64,000 nucleotides of DNA from Nannocystales bacterium (GTDB lineage Bacteria > Myxococcota_A > Polyangia > Nannocystales > Nannocystaceae). Made by a program: the position numbers and the translations under genes. The notes under the pieces are model-generated. The model worked only from the letters and a program-made list of their open reading frames with translations, was not told the DNA's origin and ran no database searches. The stretch spans positions 512,001 to 576,000 of the forward strand of contig JBOEGF010000010.1 of NCBI GenBank assembly GCA_050633305.1. Reading direction: 5' to 3'. This document shows positions 1 through 9,511 of this stretch, piece by piece; positions within the stretch are counted from its first letter, which is position 1, and each line of letters starts with the position of its first letter.

Positions 1-687
1 CGCTACGAAGGGATCGCCGAGGACCTCGAGTCGGGGACTCGCAATCACTTGCTGCTCAACAACCACTGGGTGGTCGACAACCGCATCCCTCCACGTGGAC
101 TTCAACCGCATCCCGAGACGGACCCCGTCAGCGACCGCTACGGCATGACGCCGGGCGGTCAGTGGGAGCACTGGGACGAGGTCACCTACGCCCTGCCCGG
201 CGCGCCCGAGGTCGAAGATGCCACGCCGGGTGACACCGGGGACGATGAGCTGAGCGTCTCGGTTCGGCTGTTGTACTTGATCAACACGCGCGAGTATGTG
301 GAACTCCTCGCCGATGACAACGAGACCACCGAGGTGGGCACCGAGCTGGTCGGGCGTTTCGAAGCGATGGGGTGGGCGACACCGGTCGTGCTCGCCGAAG
401 AGGTCCTCACCGTGCCGATCTCCGGCTTTGGCGAGGTCGAGGGAGGCACCAGCACGGGCGCGGGCGCGGATGACACGACGGCGGGTATGGACCCCACCAA
501 CGACTCCGAGCCCACGAACCCGACCGAACCGACCGACTCTGACGCCAGCGGTGGGGCGACCGATACCGAGCCCGCCGGCGGTGGGGGTGGGGGCGGCGGA
601 TGCCGAGTCGCAGGTGACTCGGCTCCGTGGGCACTCTCTCTGCTCTTGCTCGGCCTCGTCCGTCGACGTCGCCGCAGGGCTGCATAG
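1..687 (+). CDS. MYXO-CTERM surface protein, 5' partial; probably the C-terminal part of a multiheme cytochrome-like protein
   Basis: Frame is open from base 1. HLLLNNHWVVDNRIPPRG resembles the C-terminal motif of multiheme c proteins, but no CxxCH lies inside the window. Ends in a Thr/Gly linker, GGGGC, a hydrophobic helix and RRRRRR. Confidence 0.6.
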   Translation, partial: RYEGIAEDLESGTRNHLLLNNHWVVDNRIPPRGLQPHPETDPVSDRYGMTPGGQWEHWDEVTYALPGAPEVEDATPGDTGDDELSVSVRLLYLINTREYVELLADDNETTEVGTELVGRFEAMGWATPVVLAEEVLTVPISGFGEVEGGTSTGAGADDTTAGMDPTNDSEPTNPTEPTDSDASGGATDTEPAGGGGGGGGCRVAGDSAPWALSLLLLGLVRRRRRRAA

Positions 688-808
688 AGGTGGCCGCCGC
701 TTTGCTCTGAAGAGGCCCGGCGTCCGTCGGTGGGACGGCTGATCCGCACACTCGGGGGGTGGTGACGCCTCGTGCGACAGGCCGCGTTCTCATGAGAACC
801 TTTCGTCG

Positions 809-1378
809 ATGGTTGCCATCCAACTGGAGACGCTCAAGACCGAGATTTGGGGTTGGCTCGGCTCGGCTGCGGATGACCGAGACGATCCGTTTCGGACGCC
901 CGCGGTCGCGACAGCTGGCTTGGACGGTACGCCGCAGGCGCGCATCGTGGTTTTGCGCGAGGTCGAGGCGGCGGAATGGAGCCTCGACTTCTATACCGAC
1001 ATCCGCTCGCCGAAGTGCGAGGAGCTGATGAAGTCTCAGGCCGCGACGTGGCTGTTCTACGATGCGACGCGGCAGATTCAGATTCGCGCGCTGAGTACAG
1101 CGTCCATGCACACCTCAGACGCGGTCGCAGACCGGGCGTGGGCCTGGAGCGCCCTCGCGAGTCGTGCCATCTACGCGTCCGCGAGCTCGCCGGGGGCGGC
1201 CATCGACGCGCCGATGCCCAGTGTGTTCCTGCATGACGATACCGAGGCCGAGCATGGCCGACGGAACTTTTGTGTCGTGCGCTGCCGGGTCCACGAGTTC
1301 GATGTCCTGCAGCTTCACCCAGGGCGTCACCGCCGAGCCTGTGTCCGACCCGATGGTGCGCAGTGGTGGATGCCCTGA
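809..1378 (+). CDS. Pyridoxamine 5'-phosphate oxidase-like FMN-binding protein
   Basis: PFRTPAVATAGLDGTPQARIVVLR, FYTDIRSPK, QIQIR, NFCVV, LQLHPGRHRR. Confidence 0.85.
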   Translation: MVAIQLETLKTEIWGWLGSAADDRDDPFRTPAVATAGLDGTPQARIVVLREVEAAEWSLDFYTDIRSPKCEELMKSQAATWLFYDATRQIQIRALSTASMHTSDAVADRAWAWSALASRAIYASASSPGAAIDAPMPSVFLHDDTEAEHGRRNFCVVRCRVHEFDVLQLHPGRHRRACVRPDGAQWWMP

Positions 1379-1406
1379 CGAAGCCCACGCGGCTCGTGCT
1401 CTCGAC

Positions 1407-1440
1407 AAAAATCGCGGCCGGACCCGGAGGTCCGACCGCG
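1407..1440 (-). terminator. Rho-independent terminator
   Basis: 12-bp GC stem (1413-1424 / 1429-1440), 4-nt loop, followed by a T-run on the minus strand. Confidence 0.6.
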
Positions 1441-1593
1441 CTCGACAAGGAAGGACACGCGCGACCAGATCACACGCACGTGCTGGGAGTGGAGGTCCTC
1501 TCAACGAGGGGACACAACCGCTTCACATCAAGGAAGACGTTCTCGATGGGCACAGGTTGCACGCCCTTCCGAAGATTGTCCGTTCTCCTTCGC

Positions 1594-2256
1594 TCAGGGG
1601 TGAGCGGAAACCGGAATCGGGTTGCGGCACTTTGGGCATCGTGAGGCCTCGTTGCGAGCCCACGTACCGCAGTGTGGACAGGCCCGTCGGTGACGGGAGC
1701 GCTCGAGCCTTCGGGCGATGAGGACTCCTGCGACGGTGATGACGGTGCCAAGGAGGACGACGCCCAGGGCGAGGACCGGCGCCACGAAGACCGCGACGAT
1801 CAACCCGAGCACACCGCCGGCCTCGAGCCACGCGACCCAGGTTCGTGGACCGACTCCACTGTGGCCTTCGGGCAGGTAGGAGAGGATCCGGACGCGCACA
1901 AGATGGACCGCGATTGCGATCGCGGCGCCGAGGATCCAGGTCACAACGTCGGGGAGGAACCCGTCTGCGAGGCTTTCCACGCCCCAGGCGCTTGCGGCAC
2001 CGGCCGCACCGCGGACGCCGATGTTGCCCATCGTGACGAGTTCCTGCAGTTCTGGGTCGCGGTCGACGAGCTCATCGAGGACAACCACGGCCACGAGCAC
2101 CGCGAGTCCCACGTTGGTGGTCAGGAACGAGAGACCATCGGGAACGGTCCCCCCGCCAATGCGAGCGACGACAATAACCGCCAGCAAGGTCAGCGTGGCG
2201 CGCGTTCCGGATGCGGCCGCGATGCCCAGGAGTTGCCCAAGCAGTGCCAGCGTCAT
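1594..2256 (-). CDS. DUF4126-like membrane protein with C-terminal zinc ribbon
   Basis: GIAAASGTRATLTL N-terminus, several TM helices, CPHCG...CPKC. The ATG at 2256 overlaps the upstream TGA. Confidence 0.7.
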   Translation of the reverse strand: MTLALLGQLLGIAAASGTRATLTLLAVIVVARIGGGTVPDGLSFLTTNVGLAVLVAVVVLDELVDRDPELQELVTMGNIGVRGAAGAASAWGVESLADGFLPDVVTWILGAAIAIAVHLVRVRILSYLPEGHSGVGPRTWVAWLEAGGVLGLIVAVFVAPVLALGVVLLGTVITVAGVLIARRLERSRHRRACPHCGTWARNEASRCPKCRNPIPVSAHP

Positions 2257-2945
2257 GGGAGGACTCCGAAGAACTCTTGGATGACGGCGAGCATGGACAA
2301 CACTGTGTAGGTCGCCGCGAATGCGGTGCCGAGCAGCACAAAGACCATCGCAACGAGCAGGCCGATCTCCGCCGCCTCGACAGGCTTCCCGGCGGCTTCC
2401 CTTTCCACTTGGGAGGCGACGTATCGCGTGACGAGCATCGCGGCGAGGCCGACTTCTGCAGCCCCCAGCAACGCCTTGATCGGGAGTCCCAGCGGCCCGA
2501 GGAACGTCACGAGCTGGGAGACGATCAGAATTGCTGCCAACAGCGCGCCGACGAGCACCCGAGCGGTGCCTCTGGTGACCAGCCTGCGGCCCGGCGACAT
2601 CATCGCGACAGCCGGCCGGAGGATCGCCAGTCGGATCCATAGGGCGATCCCCAGGGCGACCACGAAGTCGGCCAGCGGGACCCATCCGACGAGCAGCTCT
2701 GCGAGCCCGGCGAGGACCGCGACAACCCACGTTGTGCGGCGAGCTCGGCCTTCGAAGCGGAGCGCGGCGTCGGTCGTGCCGTAGGTTCGCGGATCTGCCC
2801 CGCAGCGTTCGCAGAGGCCCCTCCCGAACAAGGCTCGAGCGGTCAGCACCTCGGCACACTCCGGGCAGCGTCCATCTCGAAGGAGCGCGGCGTGGTGCGA
2901 CAGCGGCAAGGCCCGAGAGTATAGGGCCGCGATCGAGGCGGGCAA
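2253..2945 (-). CDS. Membrane protein with N-terminal zinc ribbon
   Basis: CPEC...CERC followed by about 5 TM helices; translationally coupled to the next gene. Confidence 0.65.
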   Translation of the reverse strand: MPASIAALYSRALPLSHHAALLRDGRCPECAEVLTARALFGRGLCERCGADPRTYGTTDAALRFEGRARRTTWVVAVLAGLAELLVGWVPLADFVVALGIALWIRLAILRPAVAMMSPGRRLVTRGTARVLVGALLAAILIVSQLVTFLGPLGLPIKALLGAAEVGLAAMLVTRYVASQVEREAAGKPVEAAEIGLLVAMVFVLLGTAFAATYTVLSMLAVIQEFFGVLP

Positions 2946-2991
2946 TGTCGAACGGTTGGAATACTGAGTGCGCTAGGGTTGTCAGGAAGCC

Positions 2992-4428
2992 GTGTCGGAG
3001 TCGAAGCGAACCATCGGATGGGTGCTGGTGGCCGGGATGGCCAAGCTTGGCTTCGCATTGTTGGCTGTCGTCACGCCGCTGCTCGGCGTGTGGATCGGGT
3101 CTTCGCTTGCGCGGATGTTCGATGGCCCGGTGTGGCTGCCGATCGTCGTCGGCGCGTTGTGCTTTCCGGTGCTCCCCGTGTTGTGGGATGCGGTGGGCCG
3201 TTGGCGTCGCCGCAACAGCACTCGCCCACCGATCCTGACTCTCTTTGATCGACTGCTCCTGCGGACGCTGTCGATCAACGTGGTGTTCGTCGGTGCCCTC
3301 CTCGCGCTCTACCCCGCGACCGTGTTCACAGCGTTGTCCGAGCGGGGCGACTGGATGCTGGAAGGAAGGGATTCGCCCTGGGCGGAACAGGCTCGAGGCG
3401 TCTTGCACTCGACCGCCGACCACATGCAGTGGCTTCACGAGCTGACGCACCCCAACGAGTACGAAGAACTCATCGACCCGTCCTCCACGGGGGAGCACAC
3501 CGAGATCGACGCGGACAGTTGGGGCGAGTTCTCATGGCAGCCGTCCAAGGGCGGCGTGTCCAAGCCCGAAGACGTCTACCGCGACGACGCGTGGCCGTTC
3601 GAACCCGAGCTTCATCCGCTTGTGCTCGAGATCCCCAAAGATGCGCAGACCACCCCGCAGAAGGTTGGGGCGTTCTTTGCGGAGCGGGAACCTGACCCAC
3701 TGCAGCGGCTCAAGGCCGTGCACGACTATGTTGCGAACCGGACCGCTTATGACGTGCCTGCGCTTCGCACCATGCAGTTCCCGCCTCAGGATGCGCAGAC
3801 CGTACTCGATGCAAAGATCGCCGTCTGCGCTGGGTACGCTCAGCTCGTCAAGGCGATCGGGGACGCTGCGGACCTCGAAGTGGTCGTGGTCGTCGGGAAA
3901 ACGCGCTCGGGCTCGGGACTCGGTCACGCCTGGAACGCAGCCAAGGTCGAGGGCAAGTGGTACCTGCTCGATGCAACGTGGGATGCGGGCTCGGTGGGTG
4001 GGGACACGTTCACCAGGTCCTTCGGCACCCGCTACCTCATGACGCCGCCTGCGGTCTTTCTCGCCGACCACTTCCCCGACGATGAAAAGTGGCAGTTCGT
4101 GGAGGAGCCGCTGTCGATGGGAGACTTCCTCCGGCAGCCCAACCTCGAACCCAGCTTCTTCGCCTATGGGTTTAGGTTGCTCTCGCCGCGCCGCCCGGCG
4201 GTGACCGTGGACGGTGGCTCTGTCACGGTCGCGCTCGACAACCCCAACGACTTCGATGTGTCCGCGGTGTCCTACGTGGGGGAAACGTGGGACGGCGAGT
4301 CGTCCCGCTGCGAAGTCCAGCGCGACGATGTCGTACTCTGTCCGCTCGCCGCCGCGGGCCCCAACCTCGTCGTGCTGTACGGACCGGACCGCAAGAACAT
4401 GGCCCAGATCCTGGTGACCCGGAAGTAG
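2992..4428 (+). CDS. Membrane-anchored transglutaminase-like protein
   Basis: N-terminal TM helices; catalytic triad motifs VCAGYA and HAWNAAKVEGKWYLLDATWDAG. Confidence 0.85.
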   Translation: MSESKRTIGWVLVAGMAKLGFALLAVVTPLLGVWIGSSLARMFDGPVWLPIVVGALCFPVLPVLWDAVGRWRRRNSTRPPILTLFDRLLLRTLSINVVFVGALLALYPATVFTALSERGDWMLEGRDSPWAEQARGVLHSTADHMQWLHELTHPNEYEELIDPSSTGEHTEIDADSWGEFSWQPSKGGVSKPEDVYRDDAWPFEPELHPLVLEIPKDAQTTPQKVGAFFAEREPDPLQRLKAVHDYVANRTAYDVPALRTMQFPPQDAQTVLDAKIAVCAGYAQLVKAIGDAADLEVVVVVGKTRSGSGLGHAWNAAKVEGKWYLLDATWDAGSVGGDTFTRSFGTRYLMTPPAVFLADHFPDDEKWQFVEEPLSMGDFLRQPNLEPSFFAYGFRLLSPRRPAVTVDGGSVTVALDNPNDFDVSAVSYVGETWDGESSRCEVQRDDVVLCPLAAAGPNLVVLYGPDRKNMAQILVTRK

Positions 4429-4434
4429 GGCCCT

Positions 4435-5928
4435 TCAGGCCTGCAGACGCGGAAGATAGGCTCGCAGGTCGCCCACGACGACTTGGTCCAGCGGTGTCAT
4501 GTTGTACTGGGAGCCGCGCATGTCCCCGTAACCCGGCTGCCCGTCGTGCTCCCACGCTTCGGGCTCCAGACCCATCGCGAGCATGCAGGTGACGAGTACC
4601 CAGTTGTAGCTGGTGCCGATGTACTCGGACCAGCGGTTGCGGGTGAAGTCGGTTCGGTAGTCGAGGTACGAGCCTGTCCGCAGTCGGCCGCCGCAGGACC
4701 CGATCATCAACAGTTGGTTGTCCAGGGCGAGGTGGTTTACATCGACGTCGCTGATCTGGTTTCCGGATTGGCCGTTCTGGTTGCCGATCTCGTTGTTGAC
4801 CAACACGAGCGAGTTGTCGAGCAAGGTCCCGCCCGTGAGCGGGTCTTCACCCACGTCGAGCTTCGTCAGGAAGTCGGTCAGGTAGCCCATGTGCCACGCG
4901 TGCGCGTTCCGGATGCTGTCGAGTGCGCCGGCGTCGCTGTTGTGGGACGCGCCATGGTGCCCTCCGGCGACGCCATGGAGCGCGCTGGTGAGGAGGACGT
5001 CTGGGTCCAGGTAGATGTTGACGACCTGCGTCAGCTCGCATCGCAGTGCGGCCACAGCAATGTCCACCACCGCTTGGGCCCGGGCGTTGACGTCCTCGGG
5101 CGCGTTGCCAATGGCGCTGGGATCATCGGGCGGAGCGCAGTCGGCCGCCGTGAGCGAGAGCTGGTTCTCCAGCGCGAACATGTGCTCGACGTGTTCATCG
5201 AGCAGGTCGCGGTCGGCAGCGGAGAGCCTTGGGTTGTTGCGGACGTCGCCGTAGTGCTCCAGCGCGCGGTCCACCAGAAGTCGCTTTTGTTCCCGCTGGC
5301 GGGTTGCCAACACGTCGTCGACGTCGAGATCGGCGAACAGCGACGCAAACGCCTGGGCCGGATACAGCCCAGGTTGCTCGATGAGGTCGCCGGTGGCTGT
5401 TGTCGTGACCGAGCACGATGCTGCGGTCTCGGACCACCGAATTCCGAGGCTCAAGGGGATCGAGGGGATCTGAAATGCGTTCTCGGCGATGAGGTTGTCG
5501 ATGGAAGCAGGGAGCGCGCCGACGTCGATGCCTTCGACGTTGCCCCAGCCGAACAGCCCGGTGCGGCGGTTGTGGTCGGCGGTGTCCAAGCGGTCGATGT
5601 GACGCAGCAGGTTCATCCGCTCGCGGAACGGATCAAACGAGCTGTCGAGCAGGGTGGAGATGGGCCCATCGATATCGCTCAGCGCCATCTCTCGGACGTT
5701 GGGCTCGACCAGGGACAGCCCAGAGACGGCCTCGTTCGTGGGGAACCAGTCGTGGCCGTACATCCCGTTGGTGATCCTCCATGAGATGAAGTTCCGGCGA
5801 ATACCGTCGTCGATGCGGGCCCTCGCTTCAGAGGTGGGAAGCAGTGAGGAGAGGGTCGGGATCACGAGGACGGCACCGCCGGTCCCCATCAAGAAGCTGC
5901 GTCGGCCAAGGCGCTTGGGATTGTTCAT
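4435..5928 (-). CDS. DUF1552 family protein (Tat substrate)
   Basis: GRRSFLMGTGGAVLVIPTL Tat-like signal; LSAADRDLLDEH; ALRCELTQV; HHGASH; TLLDNSLV. Confidence 0.85.
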   Translation of the reverse strand: MNNPKRLGRRSFLMGTGGAVLVIPTLSSLLPTSEARARIDDGIRRNFISWRITNGMYGHDWFPTNEAVSGLSLVEPNVREMALSDIDGPISTLLDSSFDPFRERMNLLRHIDRLDTADHNRRTGLFGWGNVEGIDVGALPASIDNLIAENAFQIPSIPLSLGIRWSETAASCSVTTTATGDLIEQPGLYPAQAFASLFADLDVDDVLATRQREQKRLLVDRALEHYGDVRNNPRLSAADRDLLDEHVEHMFALENQLSLTAADCAPPDDPSAIGNAPEDVNARAQAVVDIAVAALRCELTQVVNIYLDPDVLLTSALHGVAGGHHGASHNSDAGALDSIRNAHAWHMGYLTDFLTKLDVGEDPLTGGTLLDNSLVLVNNEIGNQNGQSGNQISDVDVNHLALDNQLLMIGSCGGRLRTGSYLDYRTDFTRNRWSEYIGTSYNWVLVTCMLAMGLEPEAWEHDGQPGYGDMRGSQYNMTPLDQVVVGDLRAYLPRLQA

Positions 5929-7664
5929 GGCGTCCTCACGTGTCGAAAGCGGTCGGAAACGACGAAGTCGAGCAAGGCGTCGCGGATCGAGGCTGCGGTG
6001 TCATCCTCACCCGCGAGTCGTGTGGAGAGTTCCTTGACCATGCAGGCGTCGTCGTCGGTGAGCTCGCGGCCCAGCATGTTGCGGGTGAGGCTCTCTGCCA
6101 GGCAGTTGGGCCCCTCCTGACTCGCAGCGAGGGCCTCGGAGAGCCCGACGGGGTCGTCGACGGAGAGGGCTTGGCCGTCGAGCAAGACCTCTGCGGTCGT
6201 ATCGATGGGGAGTTCAGCTTCGCCGACCCGTTCGGTCTCGATCCACTGACCGAGGTCGCCGTAGTGTCCCAGCGGCGCACCCAGCCCATCGAGCTGAACG
6301 TGACACGATGCGCAGGTCGCTTCGGACGTGGCATTGGCAAATCGTTCGCGAATCCCCTGGGCCGCGTTGGCGCCGGGTTCGGCCGGGTCGTCCTCGGGGA
6401 ACGCGGCGGCATCGGGCAGCGGGAGGGGCCGACAGATGAAGGCGGAAAGCCGGGCCCCTCGTTTGATGATGTGTCCGGCGTTGGTCTCGGGGATCTCTTG
6501 GGTCGCGATGAAGCCGGCGCGAGTCAGCAGGCCCGCGCGTTCGGGCGGGAGCTCAACGGGTCCCACCGACTCCTCGACCCCGTACAGGACCGCGAGGTTC
6601 CGGTCGTCGATGTAGGCTGTGCGGTCCAGCAGAAGATCGGCGTAGGTGCCGTCTGCATCGAGGATGGTCGCGGTTGCGAACGCCAACACGGAGTCCCCCA
6701 TGGCGTCCCGCAGAGCGGTACGAGCCTCTGGGTTGGGGATCGTTTGTAGTGCGGCGAACGGCACGGATTCGAGCTCCAGCCAGTCGAAGAAAAAACCGCC
6801 GAGGGCGACGCGCGCCCTGGGGTCCTCGAGCATGCGTTCCGCTTCTGCGCGAAGTGTGGCCGGGTCGAGCCCACCTTCAGCCGCTGCGAGAAGCTCGTCG
6901 TCGGGGGCCGAGTTCCACAGGACCCGGGCCAGTCGCGTCGCGGTCGCGTGGGGACTGAGGCGGATGATGCCGTCCGCGACCTCTTCCCCTTCGATCCGGT
7001 CGTAGAGGAAGTCGGGGTCGATGAGCATCGCCGACAACAGCGTCGCGACGCCTTCCGCGACGCTGTGCGCTGCGCCGATCTCGTAGTTGGCGGCGAATCG
7101 CTCGAGGTCTTCGTCCGATATCGGGCGACGCAAGATACGGAGGCCGTAGTCGCGGGTGAGGTCCGAGAGGCAAGGCTCCGAGCGCAGGTCGGCGTCTGCA
7201 GAGACATCGGGCAGGCAGCTCGATAGCGTCGCCAGAGAGTCGCCGTCGCGGGTGAGGCGGGTCGCGACGGCAAAGGCCGCGTTCACCTGGGCGGAGACCT
7301 CTGCATAGCTTGGTGGACCCACCTCGGTGCTGAAGTGACCGATATGTGTGGTCGGGATCGCGCTGAGGGAGACCTCGAGCTCGTCCACCAGCTCTGGGCC
7401 GAAGACGTCCCGGAGCGCGTTGACGTAGCCGTCCTGGTTCATGCGAACGAGCGAAGCCACCGGGACGTCGTCAGGTGTGCAGCCCGCGGGCTGGGCATCC
7501 TCGCCGTCGGTGTCGTCGCCTGGGGTCGTTCCGTCGGTGTCGCTGTCGACCCCCGTATCAGTCTCGACCATGGGTGCATCCGCATCCTGGCCCACCGCAT
7601 CGACCCCGGAGTAGCATCCCATCGGGATCATCCAAGCCGCCAGCCACCAAGGTCTCCGCACCAT
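5925..7664 (-). CDS. DUF1592/DUF1588-type cytochrome-like lipoprotein
   Basis: Lipobox-like PMGC; YVNALRDVFG; DPDFLY; LWNSAPDDELL; CASCH heme motif. Start chosen at ATG 7664. Confidence 0.85.
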   Translation of the reverse strand: MVRRPWWLAAWMIPMGCYSGVDAVGQDADAPMVETDTGVDSDTDGTTPGDDTDGEDAQPAGCTPDDVPVASLVRMNQDGYVNALRDVFGPELVDELEVSLSAIPTTHIGHFSTEVGPPSYAEVSAQVNAAFAVATRLTRDGDSLATLSSCLPDVSADADLRSEPCLSDLTRDYGLRILRRPISDEDLERFAANYEIGAAHSVAEGVATLLSAMLIDPDFLYDRIEGEEVADGIIRLSPHATATRLARVLWNSAPDDELLAAAEGGLDPATLRAEAERMLEDPRARVALGGFFFDWLELESVPFAALQTIPNPEARTALRDAMGDSVLAFATATILDADGTYADLLLDRTAYIDDRNLAVLYGVEESVGPVELPPERAGLLTRAGFIATQEIPETNAGHIIKRGARLSAFICRPLPLPDAAAFPEDDPAEPGANAAQGIRERFANATSEATCASCHVQLDGLGAPLGHYGDLGQWIETERVGEAELPIDTTAEVLLDGQALSVDDPVGLSEALAASQEGPNCLAESLTRNMLGRELTDDDACMVKELSTRLAGEDDTAASIRDALLDFVVSDRFRHVRTP

Positions 7665-7807
7665 CGCCGACCACGCTAGCGATCCCCGCGCGCCACGTAC
7701 ATCGGCAAAACTCCCGAATTTGCAGTCGCAGATCACGCTCCGCGAGAATATCGGAAGTTCTACCGATGCCGGAGACCCGCGAACTCCACTAGCCTCGCCT
7801 GGGGAGT

Positions 7808-9490
7808 GTGTCGGCTGTGCTGAAACCGAAGTATGTCATTGTAGGTGCGAGTCTGCTGTTCGCCGGCTGCTACGACGGTACGACGATGGCCGACGGGGCC
7901 ACCGACAGCGGAACTGGGGCCGAAGGCGGGTCTGCGGGTGCCACCGACGGGGCCGAGAGTGGAGGGGAGGATCCTCCGGCCGAGGCGAATTTGGTTCCGC
8001 AGAGCGTCTCGCGCCGTTTGAGTCAGGCTGAACTCGACAACACGCTGCGTGACTTGATGGGCGACGATACCCGCCCTGCGCGTGGCTTCTTGTCCGAAGA
8101 CGAGTTCGCCCCGTACGACAACGACTACGGTCTGCAAGTCGCTTCGCGGGCGCTCATCGAGTCGATGGAGGTGATGGCGATCGATGTGGCGAACCGGTTG
8201 GTGCAAGACCCAGCGCGTCGCGACCTCGTCGTGCCTTGTACGCCCACCACCGATGACGACGCAGCCTGCTTCGACGACTTCGTGCGGTCGTTCGGCAGAC
8301 TGGCACTTCGTCGTCCATTGACCGACGAAGAGGTCGGAACCTACTCGGTGTTCCTTCCGTTCGCGACGGAAAACGTTCCGGGGCTCGACAACGACTTCTA
8401 CACCGCGGTGGCACTGGCGGTGTCGGCGTTCGTGCAGGACCCCGAGTTCCTCTATCGCATCGAGGCCGGCGTTCCGACGACTGACCCGGAGGTGTTCAAG
8501 CTCAACGACTACGAGATCGCGACCCGGGTGGCGTTCCTGTTGTGGGGGACGGGCCCGGACGATGCCCTGATCGCCGACGCAGAGGCCGGCCGTCTCTCGG
8601 AGCTGACCGATCGCGCCGACATCGTCGATCGGCTGCTGACGGACGACCGTGCAAAGCAGCAGCTACATCGCTATCACGCGATGTGGCTGGGCTATCGAGC
8701 CATTCCACATGACGCGACGCTGATCGAGGCGTTCAACGCGGAGACGACAGCGCTGATCGACCGCGTTGTCTTCGACGAGCGCGACGACTACACGGCGCTG
8801 TTCACCACCGAAGAAACGTACATCGACGCGTTTCTGGCCGAGCACTACGGTTTGGAGCCTCCGGCCGCAGGGGAGGGCTGGGTGAGCTACGGCCCCGATC
8901 GCGCGGGCATCCTCTCGCACGGCTCCGTCCTCGCAGGCTTCTCGAAGTTCACGGACACCAGCCCAACGCAGCGCGGCATCTTCATCGCGGAGCGGCTGCG
9001 CTGCAATGAGATCCCCGCGCCGCCGCCAACCGTCGATGCTGACAATCCACCGGGGAACGCCGATGACCCCAACGCGTGCAAAGAGGAGCGCTACGGGATT
9101 CATGCCGAGATCGCGAGCTGCGCTGCGTGTCACAACCTGATGGACCCGATCGGGATGGGCCTGGAGAACTACGACATCGCCGGCCGCTATCGCGAGACCG
9201 ACGACGGCAAACCCGACTGCGAAATCTCTGGGGAAGGCGCGCTACCTGGCGTGGGGTCGTTTAGCGGACCTGGGGCACTCGCGGACCGTCTCGTCGAATC
9301 CGGAGAACTCGAACGGTGTGCCACCGAGCAATACCTTCAGTTCGCCCTGGGCCGACAACTCGACGAAGACGATCCGTTGCTCGAACACGTGGCGGCCGAC
9401 TTCGAGGCCACCGAGTACGACTTCCAACAGATGATCTCAAACTTGGCCAGCCACGACGCCTTTGGCTTCCGCCGCGAACCCTCCAACTGA
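7808..9490 (+). CDS. DUF1592/DUF1588-type cytochrome-like lipoprotein
   Basis: Lipobox FAGC; RRLSQAELDNTLRDL; DPEFLYR; TSPTQRG; CAACHNLMDPIG. Confidence 0.88.
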   Translation: MSAVLKPKYVIVGASLLFAGCYDGTTMADGATDSGTGAEGGSAGATDGAESGGEDPPAEANLVPQSVSRRLSQAELDNTLRDLMGDDTRPARGFLSEDEFAPYDNDYGLQVASRALIESMEVMAIDVANRLVQDPARRDLVVPCTPTTDDDAACFDDFVRSFGRLALRRPLTDEEVGTYSVFLPFATENVPGLDNDFYTAVALAVSAFVQDPEFLYRIEAGVPTTDPEVFKLNDYEIATRVAFLLWGTGPDDALIADAEAGRLSELTDRADIVDRLLTDDRAKQQLHRYHAMWLGYRAIPHDATLIEAFNAETTALIDRVVFDERDDYTALFTTEETYIDAFLAEHYGLEPPAAGEGWVSYGPDRAGILSHGSVLAGFSKFTDTSPTQRGIFIAERLRCNEIPAPPPTVDADNPPGNADDPNACKEERYGIHAEIASCAACHNLMDPIGMGLENYDIAGRYRETDDGKPDCEISGEGALPGVGSFSGPGALADRLVESGELERCATEQYLQFALGRQLDEDDPLLEHVAADFEATEYDFQQMISNLASHDAFGFRREPSN

Positions 9491-9511
9491 ACGCCGAAAG
9501 CAGACCTGACG

